Source: a phage. Taken from it: 64,000 bases of DNA. The notes below the pieces were generated by a model, which saw only the letters and a program-made list of their open reading frames with translations, did no database searches and had not been told where the DNA came from. Location: sequence record PZ386955.1; one strand, 5' to 3'. Positions 36,257 to 45,320 of the stretch are shown here, piece after piece; within the stretch, counting starts at the first letter, position 1, and every line of letters begins with the position of its first letter. The position numbers and the translations under genes are program-made.

Positions 36257-36501
36257 CTGTAGCAGATAAAATGAGAGAACTGGCAGAAAACGCAGAACTT
36301 AACAAAGCAAAGGAGAGTCTACAAAGTATCTACTCGTATATTGAGAGAGCAGCTAAAGATGGAGACAGAGAAGTTGCTATCTACACGCTTTATCCAACTT
36401 TTGTAAAAGTTAACTTGGATGCTGAAGGTTTTTCAACTTTTATTGATACAGAAACATCTCATTACGATGAAAACTTTACTCGAATAGTTATTCGATGGTA
36501 A
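36253..36501 (+). CDS. hypothetical protein
   Basis: 82 aa, ATGA overlap. Confidence 0.5.
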   Translation: MTVADKMRELAENAELNKAKESLQSIYSYIERAAKDGDREVAIYTLYPTFVKVNLDAEGFSTFIDTETSHYDENFTRIVIRW

Positions 36502-36606
36502 ATTTCTGACATTTATGCGCCCTGGCTACCTGGGCGTAATAAATTCAGCTTATATTTGATCCGCGCCTTCGGCGCTTAGGCAAAGCCACGCCACATAGGA
36601 GAGTTT

Positions 36607-37017
36607 ATGTTCAAATGGTTAAAAGAGTTTCTAACATCTTTGGCAGAACCTAAGCAAGATGTTATTAAAAGCTCTATCACAGGAAAACCGCTTGTTATAG
36701 TTACAGGCGGCTTTGGTCATGGGTTTTCTCTTAAACAAACAGACATAGGTTTACAGGGATGTTTGATTAGTTTTAGAATCACTCAATTAGGAGATAATAG
36801 ACAAACAATCTTAGACCTTTTCAATGGGGAGTTTGATGATTATTTATCTAAGAGTGGTAAAGAACGTCTGATCGAACATATAAAACACCGCTATGAGCAT
36901 GGTGGTTACTACTTAGATACAAAACGTAATGCACAAGGTGATCTTGACATAGTTCGTATAGCGTGGGATAATGAATTTAAAACTAAACTTGGTAAACTTC
37001 TGGAGGAGTTATGGTAA
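36607..37017 (+). CDS. hypothetical protein
   Basis: 136 aa, RBS AGGAGAG; GC hairpin GCGCCTTCGGCGC upstream. Confidence 0.55.
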   Translation: MFKWLKEFLTSLAEPKQDVIKSSITGKPLVIVTGGFGHGFSLKQTDIGLQGCLISFRITQLGDNRQTILDLFNGEFDDYLSKSGKERLIEHIKHRYEHGGYYLDTKRNAQGDLDIVRIAWDNEFKTKLGKLLEELW

Positions 37018-37193
37018 ATATTAAAACAGGTGATATTGTACGTCTTGCCAGTGAAGAAATGTTAATGACTGTAATGGTATCTACCTATGATACTTGCGAA
37101 GTGGTATGGTTTGATGTTAATGAACAACTACAGAAAGCTACATTTGATAAACGTATGCTTCGTAAAGTTGAAGAAGTGAAGGAGGAAGAATAA
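37011..37193 (+). CDS. hypothetical protein
   Basis: 60 aa, RBS GGAGGAG. Confidence 0.45.
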   Translation: MVNIKTGDIVRLASEEMLMTVMVSTYDTCEVVWFDVNEQLQKATFDKRMLRKVEEVKEEE

Positions 37194-37194
37194 T

Positions 37195-37407
37195 ATGACA
37201 ATGTTGCTTCGTATGTTTGTGTTTCTTATGTTCTGGATTATCGTTGGTAACGGTATTGTGTTTTTGATTTTTCCTGAAGTAATGACAGGTAATGAAAATA
37301 AGGCAGTGCCTTACATTATGCTTATCGGTTACGGTATTGGTACACTTGGATTACTGTTTGCTGACTGGTTAGTCAATACTTTGTTCTCTAAGTACAGGAA
37401 CAACTAA
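37195..37407 (+). CDS. small membrane protein
   Basis: 70 aa, two hydrophobic helices. Confidence 0.5.
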   Translation: MTMLLRMFVFLMFWIIVGNGIVFLIFPEVMTGNENKAVPYIMLIGYGIGTLGLLFADWLVNTLFSKYRNN

Positions 37408-37408
37408 T

Positions 37409-37681
37409 ATGTCGGAAAAATTACCTAATGTTTTCTTTTGTTTTGTAGATTGTGTTACACAAGAAATTATAGTTGATGAAGAAGGTATGTTTACTTATTT
37501 TGCATCTGAAGAAGAGGCAAAACTATCAGCTATGAAATGTATAAGCCAATTGTCAGTACCTGCTGTCAACAGGTTCGGTATTGCACAGGTGTATAAAACA
37601 GTAACAGAGTTTACACCAGATCGAAAACTAACTTTTCTTAACGTTCACTTTGTTTGTAAGTTTAGTGAACTACGACATTAA
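37409..37681 (+). CDS. hypothetical protein
   Basis: 90 aa ORF. Confidence 0.5.
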   Translation: MSEKLPNVFFCFVDCVTQEIIVDEEGMFTYFASEEEAKLSAMKCISQLSVPAVNRFGIAQVYKTVTEFTPDRKLTFLNVHFVCKFSELRH

Positions 37682-37694
37682 AGCAGGAGTAAAA

Positions 37695-38294
37695 ATGAAA
37701 GAATATTGGAGTGGTGAGAAGGGCTTACTAAAGCCAGGAATGCTTTTGCGAGTAAAGAATATGTTGATCACACAAGATTACATAATGCCTAACCCTGGAG
37801 CATTAGTAGAATTCCTTACTGCGCGAGATCAACCTGGGGTTGGTGAAATGTGGATTGTAACGTGGATATCTCTCGATGGTAAATTGCGCGTTGCTCCTAT
37901 TGACCCAAAACACCTAGAATCTCCTTACGCCAGTATTGATCCTCGGATCATAGATTTGGCTAGAGTTTATAAAGCTCGGACTGGTGTAGAATTAAATGTG
38001 GAAATTTTAAATCAATGTATTGACTTCTTACCGGAAAAAGTGCATAATGCACAACAAGAAGGTAACGGTTTAGAAGTTGTTCTTCTTAATGATGGGATGT
38101 TCTCTGGTTTGGCATCCGTAGATTTTCCAATAACATTAAGATTGTTACCTGGAGAATATGTACTGGATGAAGATACTATTGCTATATCCTCTAAAATTTT
38201 AGAACTCATTCCAGGTGCAAGGTGTGTTGGTGATACATCTTCCTTGCTGTTTACTCTGAATGAAGAAGCCATTATAGTTAAAAAGGAGAAGTAA
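37695..38294 (+). CDS. hypothetical protein
   Basis: Trimmed from 37650 to ATG (MKEYWS) after RBS AGCAGGAG. Confidence 0.55.
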   Translation: MKEYWSGEKGLLKPGMLLRVKNMLITQDYIMPNPGALVEFLTARDQPGVGEMWIVTWISLDGKLRVAPIDPKHLESPYASIDPRIIDLARVYKARTGVELNVEILNQCIDFLPEKVHNAQQEGNGLEVVLLNDGMFSGLASVDFPITLRLLPGEYVLDEDTIAISSKILELIPGARCVGDTSSLLFTLNEEAIIVKKEK

Positions 38295-38449
38295 ATGATG
38301 ACGTTTATTGTTGGTGTTGTTGTTGGTTATTTTGGTCACAAGTACCAAGATGTTATCATCGCTAAAGTTGACGAAGTAATCGAAAAATTTAAACACTAAT
38401 TTTTAAAAGGCTGTACTGCTGTGCAGCCTATCTTTCAAAGGAGAGTAAA

Positions 38450-38623
38450 ATGTTCAAAGATACCAATTATAAATGTGTACATTGTGGTAAATCTTTTGGT
38501 GATCACAAAGCTAAAACATTCAATTGTCCACGAAAAGGGCGAGGTAGCTTTAAAGGTTTTAATCCATCCCACGTTTATTCTCCCAACTACGAGAAACCAG
38601 AAGAAGAAAAATTTGTAATCTGA
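38450..38623 (+). CDS. small Zn-ribbon-like protein (57 aa)
   Basis: RBS AAAGGAGAG; CVHCGK...NCPRKG; preferred over overlapping track ORF 38421..38618, which lacks an RBS. Confidence 0.45.
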   Translation: MFKDTNYKCVHCGKSFGDHKAKTFNCPRKGRGSFKGFNPSHVYSPNYEKPEEEKFVI

Positions 38624-38632
38624 GGAGGCAAT

Positions 38633-38920
38633 ATGGAACTAGTGCAAGAAGTTTATGAAAAACTGAAAGAAGAGAATCTTGATTGGCCTGAACATGCTCT
38701 TATTGTCGTCAAAGATACTAATGGTGAAATAAAATTCTCAAGTGTAAGTGAAGATGATGTTGTTTTAAGTCCTACAGGATATTATATGAGAGGTGTTACG
38801 TGTCTATTCAACACCAAAGTGTATCCTGAAATTAAACTTAGTTACGGTGAACCTGATCATCCAGAAATCGTTACACGTAATGAATATGAAAATTATTATT
38901 TTGCTCGTGAAAGCAAATAA
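38633..38920 (+). CDS. hypothetical protein
   Basis: 95 aa, RBS GAGGAGG. Confidence 0.55.
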   Translation: MELVQEVYEKLKEENLDWPEHALIVVKDTNGEIKFSSVSEDDVVLSPTGYYMRGVTCLFNTKVYPEIKLSYGEPDHPEIVTRNEYENYYFARESK

Positions 38921-38928
38921 GGAAAACT

Positions 38929-39252
38929 ATGCAAAAAATAAACACTGGTTCTCGTCCTAAACAGAAGCAAACAAAAGCAAGGGTATCTTATGTTGACAAC
39001 TCTTGTTATAATTTCAAAAATGTTAAAGAAGTTATCATTGATGAAAAAGAAGGTTTGATTCACATTTCATCTGAACGTTTGAAAGGTAGTGTTACTCTTC
39101 GTGAGAATGTATCTATACCTATGAAAGTTGTGGCTACACTCTGTGTTGATAAACCAGATGTTGTTAACTACTATGTGTTCCGTGATAGTTGTATTTCATT
39201 ACATAATAAGATTTTTAAATCTTCGCACGTTAAAACAAAACACATTGTATAA
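38929..39252 (+). CDS. hypothetical protein
   Basis: 107 aa, RBS AAGGAAA. Confidence 0.55.
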   Translation: MQKINTGSRPKQKQTKARVSYVDNSCYNFKNVKEVIIDEKEGLIHISSERLKGSVTLRENVSIPMKVVATLCVDKPDVVNYYVFRDSCISLHNKIFKSSHVKTKHIV

Positions 39253-39258
39253 CACATA

Positions 39259-39280
39259 AACCCGCTTCGGCGGGTTTTCT
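39259..39280 (+). terminator. rho-independent terminator
   Basis: AAACCCGC-TTCG-GCGGGTTT followed by TCTTGT. Confidence 0.6.
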
Positions 39281-39326
39281 TGTATGTGTGTTTTTATTTG
39301 TCTTAGCATAAACAATAGGAGGTATT

Positions 39327-39548
39327 ATGTCTGTAGTTGTAGAAGGTAGTATTGGCTTCTTAGTAGATAACCCTCACCCTTTCGTGGTTAAGGTTCATAT
39401 TCAAGAAAAGGTAAGCAACAATACGTGGTTGTGCTTGTTAGATAGTAAGATACACTCTTATACAGAGGTTTATCTTCATACTTGGCAAATTGGTACGATA
39501 ACAGCAGAGGATGAATTGATAATTGAATTATATGAACGAGATCTATAG
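39327..39548 (+). CDS. hypothetical protein
   Basis: 73 aa, RBS ATAGGAGG. Confidence 0.55.
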   Translation: MSVVVEGSIGFLVDNPHPFVVKVHIQEKVSNNTWLCLLDSKIHSYTEVYLHTWQIGTITAEDELIIELYERDL

Positions 39549-39625
39549 ATGACTTTACTAGAGAGTATCGTAGTGTTAATCATCTTTATCATTGTTGTCA
39601 TAGGATATTTTACAGAAGACTAAAA

Positions 39626-39655
39626 TAAAGCCCCTAGAAGCGATTCTAGGGGCTT
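39626..39655. terminator. bidirectional rho-independent terminator at convergence of plus and minus blocks
   Basis: AAAGCCCCTAGAAGCGATTCTAGGGGCTTTT with A/T runs on both sides. Confidence 0.6.
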
Positions 39656-39723
39656 TTGTTTGCATTAGATAGGGAAACGTATTACTAAAATAAAAAGTGC
39701 GTTAGAATGCGTTACAGGAGGTT

Positions 39724-39981
39724 TTAGGAATGCATAAAATCTTCTTCAGGGCAGGTTGAGAGATAAGAGATGCACGTTGGGACAACAACAACATTATCTT
39801 TAAGGTTTGCAACCAAGCCTTTTGTAATTCCAGCCACTGCCCCGTTAATATCTGCTTGACGGATACCAAAACCTTGTTGTGCGGATAGATAACAAAATCC
39901 CTCACCTTTCTGTTGATTATTATTGAAGTAATAAACGTAGTGCATCATAAAATGGTCTTTAACGATTTGTTCTGTGGTCAT
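39724..39981 (-). CDS. hypothetical protein
   Basis: 85 aa, RBS AGGAGAA; last gene of minus block. Confidence 0.5.
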   Translation of the reverse strand: MTTEQIVKDHFMMHYVYYFNNNQQKGEGFCYLSAQQGFGIRQADINGAVAGITKGLVANLKDNVVVVPTCISYLSTCPEEDFMHS

Positions 39982-39997
39982 AATATTCTCCTATAAG

Positions 39998-40020
39998 AAA
40001 AAGGGGCTTTCGCCCCTTGG
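39998..40020 (-). terminator. rho-independent terminator after sirtuin gene
   Basis: Minus strand GGGGCGAAAGCCCC followed by TTTTTCTT. Confidence 0.6.
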
Positions 40021-40025
40021 TCAAG

Positions 40026-40838
40026 TTACTTAGTCAAATGATCTTCTATCATTTTTATGAAAGCAGGATTGCTAAAAGCATCTGCTGCCTTTTCTCTATA
40101 AACAAAGACTCCTCTATCTTCGTAAAGAAGAGTTTCTTCGTAATTAATTCCTGGGTTAACAACAATCATTTTTGTACCCATAGTAAGTGCAGGGAATAAT
40201 TCCCAATTAAAATTGATAACTTGGTTTGAACATCCTACTACAACAACCAAATCTTGCATGGTCAAAGTATCAAACAAGTGAGCCATATCTGCATACAAAG
40301 GTGCAGCCTCACCAAAAAATACAACATTAGGCTTCACCCAGTTATAATCATCTATGTTTATACTATTGTAACCAATGTCTACCAGTGTTTTGTAATCTCC
40401 AGGGTGCATACGGTAAACTACTTCAGGAAGATACCCGTGCACGTGAATAACAGAATCCCTGTCCACACCTGCTCGCTCTAGTAGATCATCAACGTTTGTT
40501 GTCAAGTTTACTACTTGGTTAGGATATTCCTTAAACCACTTTGCTATTTGAATATGTGCAGCATTAGGTTGTACATCTTTAAGCTCAACACGTCTTTTGT
40601 TATAAAATTCGTGTGTTTTGGCATACAAGTCCATACCGTTCTCGTCTACACCACCGACCACTGGAAGATCTGGAGATGTTCTCACACGATAACCTGCTTG
40701 GAAAGCTCCAATATCGCAGACCTCTTCTAAATCATATTCTTCCCACAAGGCACGACCACTATCTGTGTCTGTTCGGAATGTTCGAATCCCACTGTCTGCA
40801 CTTAAACCTGCGCCACTAACAAAAATTACTCTTCGCAT
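40026..40838 (-). CDS. Sir2-family (CobB-like) NAD-dependent protein deacylase homolog lacking the Zn-binding cysteines
   Basis: GAGLSADSGIRTFR, QPNAAH, TTNVDDLLERAG, HVHG, VVFFGE match sirtuin catalytic motifs; no CxxC...CxxC module. Confidence 0.75.
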   Translation of the reverse strand: MRRVIFVSGAGLSADSGIRTFRTDTDSGRALWEEYDLEEVCDIGAFQAGYRVRTSPDLPVVGGVDENGMDLYAKTHEFYNKRRVELKDVQPNAAHIQIAKWFKEYPNQVVNLTTNVDDLLERAGVDRDSVIHVHGYLPEVVYRMHPGDYKTLVDIGYNSINIDDYNWVKPNVVFFGEAAPLYADMAHLFDTLTMQDLVVVVGCSNQVINFNWELFPALTMGTKMIVVNPGINYEETLLYEDRGVFVYREKAADAFSNPAFIKMIEDHLTK

Positions 40839-41380
40839 TCAATATCCTCTTCGTAATCATCATCCCAAGAAGATGCGTCGTAACGCTCTTCCTCTTCGAA
40901 ATCCCAATTAATTTCTACTCCAAAATCTAAAAACAATTTAACAATGTTTTCTGTAGAGTAGTATTTATCATAAGCGTCAGCTAGTTCCCAATACTTGTCA
41001 CTCAATTTTTTATATTTAGGATCATTATAGTCATAATCTACTTTATAACCATAATCATACATCTCTTGTTCAGCTTTAAGCATAGCTTCTGGTGTAAGAA
41101 GATTAGGGAACGGACGATTTCTTTCTTTTAACTTAGAAACAATCCAGTTTGCAACATTTGCCACTTCACCATCTTGATTATCACCTAAACAACTTGCATA
41201 ATCTCCATCTTGGTAAGTGCCTAAATCCCCACAGACTTCATGTACAATAGATGAATACGATCCACACGTTTCACAATCTGAAAAAGTGTCTACTGTTGTA
41301 ATATCAATAGATAAAACTGGTAAAGCCATAGCTTCTTTCACACAAGCCTCCTCATATAATAACATATCATCAAAACCCAT
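40826..41380 (-). CDS. acidic Cys-containing hypothetical protein, translationally coupled to sirtuin gene
   Basis: Trimmed from track TTG start to ATG (MGFDDM) after RBS GGAGGA; overlaps sirtuin start by 13 nt; poly-acidic C-terminus. Confidence 0.55.
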   Translation of the reverse strand: MGFDDMLLYEEACVKEAMALPVLSIDITTVDTFSDCETCGSYSSIVHEVCGDLGTYQDGDYASCLGDNQDGEVANVANWIVSKLKERNRPFPNLLTPEAMLKAEQEMYDYGYKVDYDYNDPKYKKLSDKYWELADAYDKYYSTENIVKLFLDFGVEINWDFEEEERYDASSWDDDYEEDIECEE

Positions 41381-41397
41381 ATATCCTCCACACAAAT

Positions 41398-41463
41398 AAA
41401 GCCCCTGATTGGGGCTTTGGTTAAGTTTTACAGATTATACCAGACTTTTAAGGTACTTGTCAA
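41398..41463 (-). promoter_or_regulatory. promoter + stem-loop (PeSL-type) driving acidic-protein/sirtuin operon; hairpin also acts as upstream terminator
   Basis: Minus strand TTGACA-N18-TATAAT overlapping stop of upstream gene, then AAAGCCCC-AATCA-GGGGCTTT and RBS. Confidence 0.55.
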
Positions 41464-42043
41464 GGGCTTCTTGATCACCTTGACAAACATAGCAACGGAA
41501 GTCTTGAGCAGAAGGTTCTTTGTCCTCGTCCCAATCCCAATAAACAGTACCTTTATAACGTGAGCCTGGGAACTCGAAATATGCTGTATGAGTAATATGA
41601 TGTGGGCCACCCCAAAACTGTGTAAAAGTAAATTGAGGATACGCTGCTTTAACTGTATTTTCAAACCAAGTTTTACGATCTAATGCTTCGTTTATAAAAT
41701 AAGCATGGCGTTCCATTTCATCCCAGTTTTTCCAAACGCATTTTTCATCCAGAGAAAAAACAAAATCTTCACTGTTGAATTCATCTGTATCTTCCAAAAT
41801 ATCATAATCATGTGCACTAGGTATCCACCATCCAGCTTCTAATAGTGCTTTCACGGGTACAAAACCTTTTTCAGCATATTGATCAAATTCTTTTACTCTA
41901 CGTACAGTGCAGTATTCATCTTCACCACCAATGTCCAGTAGACAAGCACCTTTGCGTCTTGCTGCAAGACCATGTGTATCAAAAACTACAACACTACCTT
42001 CACCGTCTTCACGATCTACTTGATATGCAACTTTTTGAGTCAT
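41435..42043 (-). CDS. hypothetical protein
   Basis: 202 aa ORF. Confidence 0.55.
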   Translation of the reverse strand: MTQKVAYQVDREDGEGSVVVFDTHGLAARRKGACLLDIGGEDEYCTVRRVKEFDQYAEKGFVPVKALLEAGWWIPSAHDYDILEDTDEFNSEDFVFSLDEKCVWKNWDEMERHAYFINEALDRKTWFENTVKAAYPQFTFTQFWGGPHHITHTAYFEFPGSRYKGTVYWDWDEDKEPSAQDFRCYVCQGDQEALDKYLKSLV

Positions 42044-42044
42044 A

Positions 42045-42167
42045 TTACCCCCAATGTATATGGGAAATTAACCAAAAGATAAATTCCCAAAAACACCAAC
42101 CAAGAAAAGTTAATGGAATTATAAAAGCTATCAGAGCAGTCTTCCAGCCTTTCCACAATGTTTCCAT
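42045..42167 (-). CDS. small membrane peptide (40 aa)
   Basis: Not in track; ATGA-coupled to dcm stop, RBS GGAGGAA; hydrophobic. Confidence 0.3.
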   Translation of the reverse strand: METLWKGWKTALIAFIIPLTFLGWCFWEFIFWLISHIHWG

Positions 42168-43156
42168 CATTCCTCCATACACTTAAGAATATGTGCAATG
42201 ACAGGTATAGTCCAACCATTACCTAACATCTTATATGCTTGTGTGTTACTACTCACTTTAAAGTAATCATCTGGAACACCTTGTAAGCGGCAACACTCTT
42301 TAACAGTTAACTTTCTATAATGCACGCCTTCACTCAATTTTTCAAAGGCATCCAGATATCTTCCAGGTGGAATGTAAGCTAATAGTACGTCTTTCGGCAC
42401 AGTCGTGAGGCAACGAGTTTTTTCACTGTCCTGAACTTCCAAGCAATGTACCAAACGATCAGTTTTAGATGTACTACGTTTGCCATTTTCATTAATTCTA
42501 CGCCCATATATTGCTGCTGGATAAAAAACCAGTTGTCTGCGACTCTTTTCAAAATACTGTTCTATATTACCACCTTTGGCATAATTTGCGTCTATGCAAT
42601 AAGCCTTATCTCTGTCTACAATACTGTCATCTTCAATGATATCTTGCAACACTTCATTGGTAATATCCCAAGGTTTTATTTCCCAATTGCACCAGTATAA
42701 ACGTTGTCTATTCTGTGCAGTGAAATCTGCGGAGTTAATGAATACGGGATTAACACCTAAGTAACTTGTGATCACATTTTCCCACTCCACCTTCATCTTA
42801 ACGTTTTCAAGCATGAACTTAACATTAGGGTTAAACTTTTTAATATGTTCAAGAATTTCAACATATTCAAAGAACAGTTTAGATCGCGGATCTTGAAAGT
42901 TCAAACCCTTACCAGAAGAAGAGAAGCCTTGGCACGGGCTACCACCTAACAAAAGATCAATTTCTCCCCACGGGATATTCCATTCTCTCCATTTTGTAAC
43001 ATCACCTAATTGAACAATATCTGGAAAATTGGCTTGGCTTTCAGCTATGGCAAATTTGTCCAACTCTGAAGCATAATACTTATCTACTTCAATACCTGCA
43101 CTTTTTAGTGCAAGCATTCCTCCTGACATACCATCAAAAAGACTTAAAACTTTCAT
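42167..43156 (-). CDS. DNA (cytosine-5)-methyltransferase
   Basis: Motif I LFDGMSGG, motif IV GGSPCQGFS, ENV motif MLENVKM. Confidence 0.8.
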   Translation of the reverse strand: MKVLSLFDGMSGGMLALKSAGIEVDKYYASELDKFAIAESQANFPDIVQLGDVTKWREWNIPWGEIDLLLGGSPCQGFSSSGKGLNFQDPRSKLFFEYVEILEHIKKFNPNVKFMLENVKMKVEWENVITSYLGVNPVFINSADFTAQNRQRLYWCNWEIKPWDITNEVLQDIIEDDSIVDRDKAYCIDANYAKGGNIEQYFEKSRRQLVFYPAAIYGRRINENGKRSTSKTDRLVHCLEVQDSEKTRCLTTVPKDVLLAYIPPGRYLDAFEKLSEGVHYRKLTVKECCRLQGVPDDYFKVSSNTQAYKMLGNGWTIPVIAHILKCMEE

Positions 43157-43569
43157 TATTGCTTCTTCTCCTTAACACTAGCTGGTAATTCTGCCTTAAG
43201 ACAGAAGTTTAAACGGTAAGCCTCATTTTCATTTAAAAGTACAGATTCGCACGATAACCAAAACAAGAGATCCTCAATACTAGGACTGTGAAGCCAACAG
43301 TGCAGAAGAGAATGTTGTTCTATATCAATGTAATTTAGCAACAAGCCTTGTAAGGCATAGCTAGTTCCTGTCGTTTTTGCTTTTTCAAGGATGATATTGT
43401 GTTTACTAACAACCTTCTTTCTAAGACCAAACCATTTACTAACAACAACAGTCTCTTCTTGCAGTTGTTTTCTTATTTTCTCACATTCTTTAACTACAAT
43501 CTGCATCTTATCCACTGCTGATTGAAGTTGTTCTTTTGTTGGGTTTACAAAATAGTCACTATAGTACAT
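43156..43569 (-). CDS. hypothetical protein
   Basis: 137 aa, coupled upstream of dcm. Confidence 0.55.
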   Translation of the reverse strand: MYYSDYFVNPTKEQLQSAVDKMQIVVKECEKIRKQLQEETVVVSKWFGLRKKVVSKHNIILEKAKTTGTSYALQGLLLNYIDIEQHSLLHCWLHSPSIEDLLFWLSCESVLLNENEAYRLNFCLKAELPASVKEKKQ

Positions 43570-43620
43570 GCTAATCTCCTCTTCTGTTTTTCTGTAGTTT
43601 ATTCGAAAAAACTAGTGTTG

Positions 43621-43648
43621 TCAACAAAAAACCCGCCGAAGCGGGTTT
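43621..43648 (-). terminator. rho-independent terminator
   Basis: Minus strand AAACCCGC-TTCG-GCGGGTTT followed by TTTTTT. Confidence 0.6.
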
Positions 43649-43651
43649 ATA

Positions 43652-43909
43652 TTATTCTACAGGAACTTCTTCACCAAGAGAAACTTCTAAACGGAATGCT
43701 TTACTTTCAATACATTCACTACCTTTTAGAAAATCAAATTGCACTATAGACTGACTTAATAGAATAGATAGAATCACATCGCAATCTTCACTAGGAGCTA
43801 GATGTTTGTATTCTTCCTTCAAGGTAACATCATAAAAACATAAATCCCCTACTCCTAGTTCATCCCATCCTTCCCACGCATCTACAAAGTTAAACTCTAA
43901 ACCTTTCAT
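43652..43909 (-). CDS. hypothetical protein
   Basis: 85 aa ORF. Confidence 0.5.
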   Translation of the reverse strand: MKGLEFNFVDAWEGWDELGVGDLCFYDVTLKEEYKHLAPSEDCDVILSILLSQSIVQFDFLKGSECIESKAFRLEVSLGEEVPVE

Positions 43910-44430
43910 ACAACCTCCTCGTAATTGTTATTGTGTTTTACTGTCTCAACATACAATAAAGATTCCATCTGTAATACATTACCAGAAATAATAAACCCAT
44001 AAGCCATTTCAGATGTGTCTATATCATATGCCCCGTCTTCCGGTTTAGCAAAGTGTAAAACTATTTCATCTGGGTTTTCTTCATCCCATAGTTTAGAAAT
44101 TTTCCGAACCAGAATGTTAGCTAAAATAGTTGACATTCGGGATAAAGCTGTATCCTCATATCTTTTAAAACCTAGCCAATAGAGGTTAAGAATTTCTACT
44201 TCTTCTTGTGTTAAGTTTTTGTCTAAAGTAATCAGATCTGTAGAGCACGGCGTTTTTGTTGAACCTACGGTTACAAAACCTGGAGTGTTATGAAAAACAA
44301 TCTTAACTTTATCACGTATAAAGTTTAAACCTTGTGCCTCAACTATATATTGTATTGTAGGTACAATATCGTTTGTTACATCAATAAAACTATCTTTAAT
44401 GACGCTTATATTATTTCTGGACAAGACCAT
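43906..44430 (-). CDS. hypothetical protein
   Basis: 174 aa ORF. Confidence 0.55.
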   Translation of the reverse strand: MVLSRNNISVIKDSFIDVTNDIVPTIQYIVEAQGLNFIRDKVKIVFHNTPGFVTVGSTKTPCSTDLITLDKNLTQEEVEILNLYWLGFKRYEDTALSRMSTILANILVRKISKLWDEENPDEIVLHFAKPEDGAYDIDTSEMAYGFIISGNVLQMESLLYVETVKHNNNYEEVV

Positions 44431-44989
44431 TCTCCTCTAAGATAGGCTTAATAAATTCGAAAATTTGTTTTTTACTTTTACCTCGAATATTAAAACAAGG
44501 AACATTAAACTTTTTAGCCAACATCCAAGCTGTTCTTGTACCACCTAAAGGATCTCCATTTTTATCTGTATTTGCACAAGCTAAAAGAAAACAAGATGGT
44601 TTTGGATTCTCAAGATCTCTGCCAAGAACTTGGTGGATATTTCTTTGATGTAATTTTTTAGCACCTTGAGATAATCTGTCCCAAGCTGGATGCAATTCTT
44701 TTGCATATTGCAAGGTTAGAGCATAGTTTACACTATCTGGTCTGTCAAGAACAATAACCTCTCCCTCTATCTCATTACCTTTAAACGAAGGCCAAGGAAT
44801 GTATATTTCTTTCTTTGTATTGTTTCCACTATCATACACCCCGCATTCAAATGCGGAATCTGCACCTTCTGCTTTACCAGATCGTAAAATGAACCATGTA
44901 GATAACCATTTTGCAACAGCTACCATAGTGTCCCATTCTTCGTCTGTAATATCTCTGCTACCAACACCTGTGTAGAATAAATCGCTCAT
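44411..44989 (-). CDS. DprA/Smf-like (SLOG-type Rossmann) protein
   Basis: Trimmed to ATG (MSDLFY) after RBS AGGAGAA; motif GVGSRD...SGKAEGADSAFECG resembles DprA/SLOG nucleotide-binding fold. Confidence 0.5.
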   Translation of the reverse strand: MSDLFYTGVGSRDITDEEWDTMVAVAKWLSTWFILRSGKAEGADSAFECGVYDSGNNTKKEIYIPWPSFKGNEIEGEVIVLDRPDSVNYALTLQYAKELHPAWDRLSQGAKKLHQRNIHQVLGRDLENPKPSCFLLACANTDKNGDPLGGTRTAWMLAKKFNVPCFNIRGKSKKQIFEFIKPILEENGLVQK

Positions 44990-44999
44990 GGTTTTCTCC

Positions 45000-45320
45000 T
45001 TAACAAGTAATATTGGGAATAATACTGGGAGTAACAATTGGAGTAATAGGGTACGTAAACCAAGGGCTTCCAATTTCCCAAGGACTATAAGGTGTACGAG
45101 GATCAAATGGAGGCGTTACTTGAGGCTTTTTCCAAATCTCCGCTAGTTGTTTCTTCCATTTATCCCTTGCTGTATCGTTATCTTCATCCAACTGTTCGTC
45201 ATTATCTTTTATTTCTGATTTTGGAAATAAAAGCTCTTTGACTAACTCAACGTCTTCCGTTTCAATAGTAGTTTCTTTCGTAATATTCCCTACCGTCTCT
45301 TTAATTGTGACTTTATACAT
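45000..45320 (-). CDS. hypothetical protein
   Basis: 106 aa, Pro-rich C-terminus. Confidence 0.5.
   Translation of the reverse strand: MYKVTIKETVGNITKETTIETEDVELVKELLFPKSEIKDNDEQLDEDNDTARDKWKKQLAEIWKKPQVTPPFDPRTPYSPWEIGSPWFTYPITPIVTPSIIPNITC

Noticed and set aside
38421-38618. Track ORF 38421..38618 (65 aa)
   Set aside because: The overlapping frame 38450..38623 has a strong RBS (AAAGGAGAG) and a Zn-ribbon-like product; the track ORF starts within a hairpin and has no RBS.
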